Positions 8,801 through 11,569 of a DNA stretch of 11,569 nt are shown in pieces. The position numbers and the translations under genes are program-made. The notes under the pieces were generated by a model that was given only the letters and a program-made list of their open reading frames with translations, did not search any database and was not told the DNA's origin. Every line of letters starts with the position of its first letter. Position 1 is the stretch's first letter. The DNA is from a bacterium. Lineage in GTDB: Bacteria > Hinthialibacterota > Hinthialibacteria > Hinthialibacterales > Hinthialibacteraceae. Location: NCBI GenBank assembly GCA_041946805.1, contig JBHGBC010000180.1:1-11569 (forward strand). Reading direction: 5' to 3'.

Positions 8801-11351
8801 CGATGTTCCGCGTGCCGCCGGTGACGATGTCGTACTCTTCCTTTTCCCCGCCCAGGTAGGAAGCCGCGAAACTTTCGTCCGGCCGTTCCACCAGGTTGTA
8901 CAGGCCCCAATACATACCGTTCAGGTACAGATGCACATACGTCCCATGCGAGGCCGGTTGACCCAAATCCCGTTGCGTACGGCGGGAGAACTCGTCGCGC
9001 ATGTACTCCGCCCGGCCGATGGTGCTGCCGAATCCGGACTCCGATCCATGCCAGGTGTAGTTGTAATTGCTGCGCAAGACCAGGGTGTCGAACTGATCCA
9101 CGGGCGAATCGTCGAATACCCGGTACCGTAGCGCGGGCGGCCCATACTCGCGTTTGAACACCAGACGCAGCGAGTGTTTCCGCATGGCGGGCACACGGCC
9201 GTAGCCGCCCTGAATCTGAATGCCGCTGTTCACCTGATAGCCCGGCCGGCCATCGGGGTATATGAACTCCGCCGATGTAAAGCGTTCCCACTTGTCACCC
9301 TTGCTCTCGGGGTGGGTGTAGATGCCATCACGCGCGCCGAACAAGTCCGTGGGATCCATCACGATGGACATGGACGGAATCGACTTCAGGTCCTCCCGGA
9401 TCGTGTTCCGGTAGCGCGCGTCGTTCACCACGTCCGGGTCCATGTCGTAATCGGCCGAGACTCCGCCTCCCCACCGGGTAGGATACCCCGCCGGGCGTTT
9501 CTGTTGGATCACTTCGGAGAGAAAGATGTAGGTTTGGGTGATGGACGCGCTCGGTTCATGACCGGGCTTGAAGGCCGCCGCCCGCAGGATAGTGGCGCCT
9601 GGGATGGGGACCGGCCCCGTATACTCCACCCCCACGCTTTCCGTGGGCGCGCGGCCGTCGGTCGTGTAACGGATCACCGCGCCGGCCGTTGGCGTGGTCA
9701 TCGTGACCTCGAAGGGCTGGTCGTAAAAGCCCCGCTCCCGGCTGAACAACGGCGGATCCACGAATCCCACCACGCCGGTTCCGTTGGCCGCGCCGGGAGT
9801 GGGTTTCTTGAAATAGCGTTGCGAATCCTTGACCACCGCGGCCGCCTTGAACACCGGCTGGATCAACAAGTCCGGATCGTCCTTTCCCGCGTTCAATCCC
9901 TGGATGGCCAATATATTGGCGCCCGCGCGCAATTCGGGCGCGATATCGGTCAGGTTGATCTCTTCTGTTCGGAAATTCTCTACCGCCGGGAGTTTTGCCG
10001 CCGCGCTGGAATTCCAGGCCACCGCCATGGGCGCGTTGCGGCGCGCCACCTCCCGCCCGTTCAAATAGGTCACGAAGCCGTCGTTGTAGTTCATCTCCAG
10101 ATAGATGGAATATGGCAACGAGGGATCGGCGATGGAAAATGGAACTCGTATATAAACCGTGGAATTGATACCCTTCATGTCCGCCCCGGCATCGTAGCGG
10201 ATCCGGTCCCCGAAGCCTCCCAACGACAGGCCGCCCCCCGCGGCGTCGCCCACCAGCCGAAAGCCGCCGTCCTCGACATCGGTATGCTCCCCGGCCGCCG
10301 CGAAGAGTTCCAATTCCGCTCCCCCGCCCCGCTCGAAATAGACCAGTTCGATCTCGTGCGGCCCGGTAGTCAGGTTCACGATCCCGAACACGTCCTGCGG
10401 GCCGTGCAGCGTGTCGTCCACGATCACGTCGCGGCCGTCGATCCGCAGCCGCGCCCCGTCATCCGAGTTGATGCCGAACGTCCAGGTCCCATCGCTGGGG
10501 ATCATGACATCTCCCACCGCCCGCACGACGAAATCATCCACGTCCTGGTCGGCGGCATGGCCGGGAAACGGCTGATTTTCCGGGAAATGACCTTCCGTGG
10601 AATTGTCGAGAAAATTGAGGACCGCCGCGCCGGTTTGATCGGTCCGGACCTGCCGCGCCGGATTTTGAATCACCTCATCCGCTTCCGCCAGCGTTGTCAC
10701 CTGGATGTTCGCCTTGTAGGTAGTGACAGCGAAAACTCCCGGACGCGAACCGAACCCTGCTCCCAGCGTTGCCGCTTTCCAACTGGAATCATCGAACTCC
10801 GGCAAGGTCCAGGACAATCCCAAATCACCGTTCGCCGGAACCCGCAACCGGACGGGAGTCCCCAGGCCGGCCAGTTCCGACAGATCCGCCACCAAGCCGA
10901 AGGAAAAACCGTCGCGCGGGCCGGTCATGTCCGGATAGGAGGGACTGTAGGCATGGGCGATGGTCTGGCCATCCGGCTTGACCAGGGCCAAAAATTCGCC
11001 GGCCTCGCTCAGTTGAAAATTGGTGTGCAAAGGCGCGGCGGGATTCCTCCGGTCCTTGCCCGAAGCGAAAATCACTAGAAAACTCCCGCCGGGAAGGATT
11101 ACATCCGGGAAAGCCCATTTGGTGAGTGCCACGGGATCATCGGTTAGATACCACCCCTCCAAGGAAATATCCGTGCTGCCCGTGTTGCCGATTTCAATCC
11201 AGTCGGGATATTCCTTGTCTTCATCCGCCAGCGTGGTGTTCCCCCCGGCCAGGATCTCGGTGATCAACACCTCGCCTTCCCGCGTGAAGCCCATCTCACC
11301 GTGGAGGCATGGAACCAGCATAAGTAGAATGGATATAAGCTTATAAGACAT
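5811..11351 (-). CDS. Large secreted multidomain CotH-kinase-family protein with lamin-tail (LTD), PA14, beta-sandwich and Fn3-associated/chitobiase-like domains
   Basis: Uninterrupted 1860-codon ORF. Start is ATG 11351 (MSYKLISILLMLVPCLHG, signal-peptide-like) or ATG 11393. LTD motifs: VLITEIL..DWIEIGN, LKITELMYNP..EFIELHN, VVMNEIL..WVELFN, VVIDEIMYHP..EYMELWN. PA14: WTFGINSDDGARLRIDG..HEIELVYFERGGG. Fn3-associated: IRYTTDGRAP, VYYTLDGRDP. CotH kinase core (~9385-8170): HSLRLVFK, LVLRS, MRDEF, VHLYLNGMYWGLYNLVER, NLIDYM, GNRD, WDSEW. Confidence 0.9.
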   Translation of the reverse strand: MSYKLISILLMLVPCLHGEMGFTREGEVLITEILAGGNTTLADEDKEYPDWIEIGNTGSTDISLEGWYLTDDPVALTKWAFPDVILPGGSFLVIFASGKDRRNPAAPLHTNFQLSEAGEFLALVKPDGQTIAHAYSPSYPDMTGPRDGFSFGLVADLSELAGLGTPVRLRVPANGDLGLSWTLPEFDDSSWKAATLGAGFGSRPGVFAVTTYKANIQVTTLAEADEVIQNPARQVRTDQTGAAVLNFLDNSTEGHFPENQPFPGHAADQDVDDFVVRAVGDVMIPSDGTWTFGINSDDGARLRIDGRDVIVDDTLHGPQDVFGIVNLTTGPHEIELVYFERGGGAELELFAAAGEHTDVEDGGFRLVGDAAGGGLSLGGFGDRIRYDAGADMKGINSTVYIRVPFSIADPSLPYSIYLEMNYNDGFVTYLNGREVARRNAPMAVAWNSSAAAKLPAVENFRTEEINLTDIAPELRAGANILAIQGLNAGKDDPDLLIQPVFKAAAVVKDSQRYFKKPTPGAANGTGVVGFVDPPLFSRERGFYDQPFEVTMTTPTAGAVIRYTTDGRAPTESVGVEYTGPVPIPGATILRAAAFKPGHEPSASITQTYIFLSEVIQQKRPAGYPTRWGGGVSADYDMDPDVVNDARYRNTIREDLKSIPSMSIVMDPTDLFGARDGIYTHPESKGDKWERFTSAEFIYPDGRPGYQVNSGIQIQGGYGRVPAMRKHSLRLVFKREYGPPALRYRVFDDSPVDQFDTLVLRSNYNYTWHGSESGFGSTIGRAEYMRDEFSRRTQRDLGQPASHGTYVHLYLNGMYWGLYNLVERPDESFAASYLGGEKEEYDIVTGGTRNIGTTQVKAGNKQAWNAMMAVVESNTLSAEERYRQIQPYLNVDNLIDYMLTIIYTGNRDAPTVIGGGGTPWNFYTGRRRLPGAGLHTFAWDSEWTLEETAVNVVDFHNGRDNPGRIFQRLRPSAEFRMRVADRIQKHFFHGGVLTPEASQARYAEIARFIDRAIVGESARWGDAPGGRARTRDDDWVKERDRILNQYLTVRSGIVLEQLRKAKLYPTLPAPEFNQPGGVVEPGFALTMTVDTGGEPTPVTLPLVAIDHEWKYEQSGKDLGTAWIQPGYDDSAWPLGKALLYVETADLPAAKNTPLKIGKTTYYFRTSFEVPAEVSLKDAALEMSTILDDGAVIYLNGVEVSRIRMAAGIVSAAQFSTETVSEAVLEGPLSISAASLKTGKNVVAVEVHQTNAGSTDVVWGMTLTAKVIKPATTSADVPVYYTLDGRDPRLPGGEADNAHAKRYAGPVILNENSQVKARAFDGQTWSALSEARFFINQPAQDVAFLRANLKITELMYNPAAAGNFEFIELHNTHPETPLVLSGVEFTEGIQFRFPEGTIIPPQGYLVLTQAQGEAEQAAFRKEYRMDDAALLAGPFTGKLANEGEPVVLRAPHGGPAIVTFEYGDGPGWPAAADGAGHSLVPLARSWPDQDLGALNYGGNWRASAVIGGSPGKEDPEPVRNVVMNEILVDSPDGAKWVELFNSSRDLVHLGGWYLSDDNANLKKWPVSGVEIQHGGFLSLDEKNHLDIPAGSGFGLSPQGGALYLSYLPGVPGVDRVVDALKFAGQEAGVAWGRHEDGQPYWVGMKPSRDMANQPGLERVVIDEIMYHPPDLQPSGDENVVDEYMELWNPTDQAVPLFTGNGAWRIYDGIEYTFAPNTTLPPNGRILLVKFDPADPAAVEAFKAKYKISTWNVLLLGPFNGKLSNQGERIALEKPLGNDLSGLLTTWAVADEVIYFDQSPWTQMADGTGQALQRISARRPGNDPANWQAADPTPGQDNPDTPVNAWMAY

Positions 11352-11547
11352 AGATACTTTCACGTTATGATGACAGTGCGTTCGGAGTGTCATGCGCGGT
11401 CGGCCTCAGGGAGATGGGGATTTCCGTATTCGTTTGTCGAATTCACTCTATCTGTTTCAATATCAGGAACTTCACTTCAGGGAAATATAGTACAGAAATG
11501 GAAAAATAACTGGTTCATCCGACAAGTGCGTACCTCCGGCGCTATAG

Positions 11548-11569
11548 GCCCAGGGTTAAAACCCTGGGC
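11548..11569. repeat. Perfect hairpin, REP-like, at the window edge
   Basis: GCCCAGGGTT-AA-AACCCTGGGC has perfect 10-bp arms and resembles the CCCAGGGT..ACCCTGGG class of intergenic repeats. It may extend beyond the window. Confidence 0.55.

Noticed and set aside
9174..11078. 634-aa + strand ORF (and 8016-9131, 7338-7967)
   Set aside because: Antisense shadows of the CotH gene, expected from GC-rich codon bias; no recognisable domains.
11440..11530. Promoter for the CotH gene
   Set aside because: The region is AT-rich and has a TACTAT hexamer on the minus strand (11487-11492), but no -35 at 16-18 nt spacing and no extended -10, so it could not be supported.

Overview
GC-rich bacterial window with four real genes. 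(1) The 3' part of an FAD-dependent oxidoreductase of the FAD_oxidored/PF12831 type (+, running in from the left edge). (2) A secreted ~458-aa protein of unknown function built from two tandem ~210-aa beta-rich domains (-). (3) Aconitate hydratase acnA (-). (4) A giant (~1850 aa) secreted CotH-kinase-family protein with four lamin-tail domains, a PA14 domain, two beta-sandwich domains and two Fn3-associated/chitobiase-like domains (-). The spacers hold a clear intrinsic terminator, two plausible sigma70 promoters each with an adjacent inverted repeat, and several REP-like hairpins. Two observations stand out. First, the two otherwise unrelated secreted proteins end in a similar 9-10-residue tail, TPVNAWMAY* and SGVGHFDAMK*, a candidate C-terminal sorting or anchoring signal. 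Second, the CotH protein appears to have nested (domain-inside-domain) insertions. All domain calls are by motif recognition only; no searches were run, and domain boundaries are approximate.
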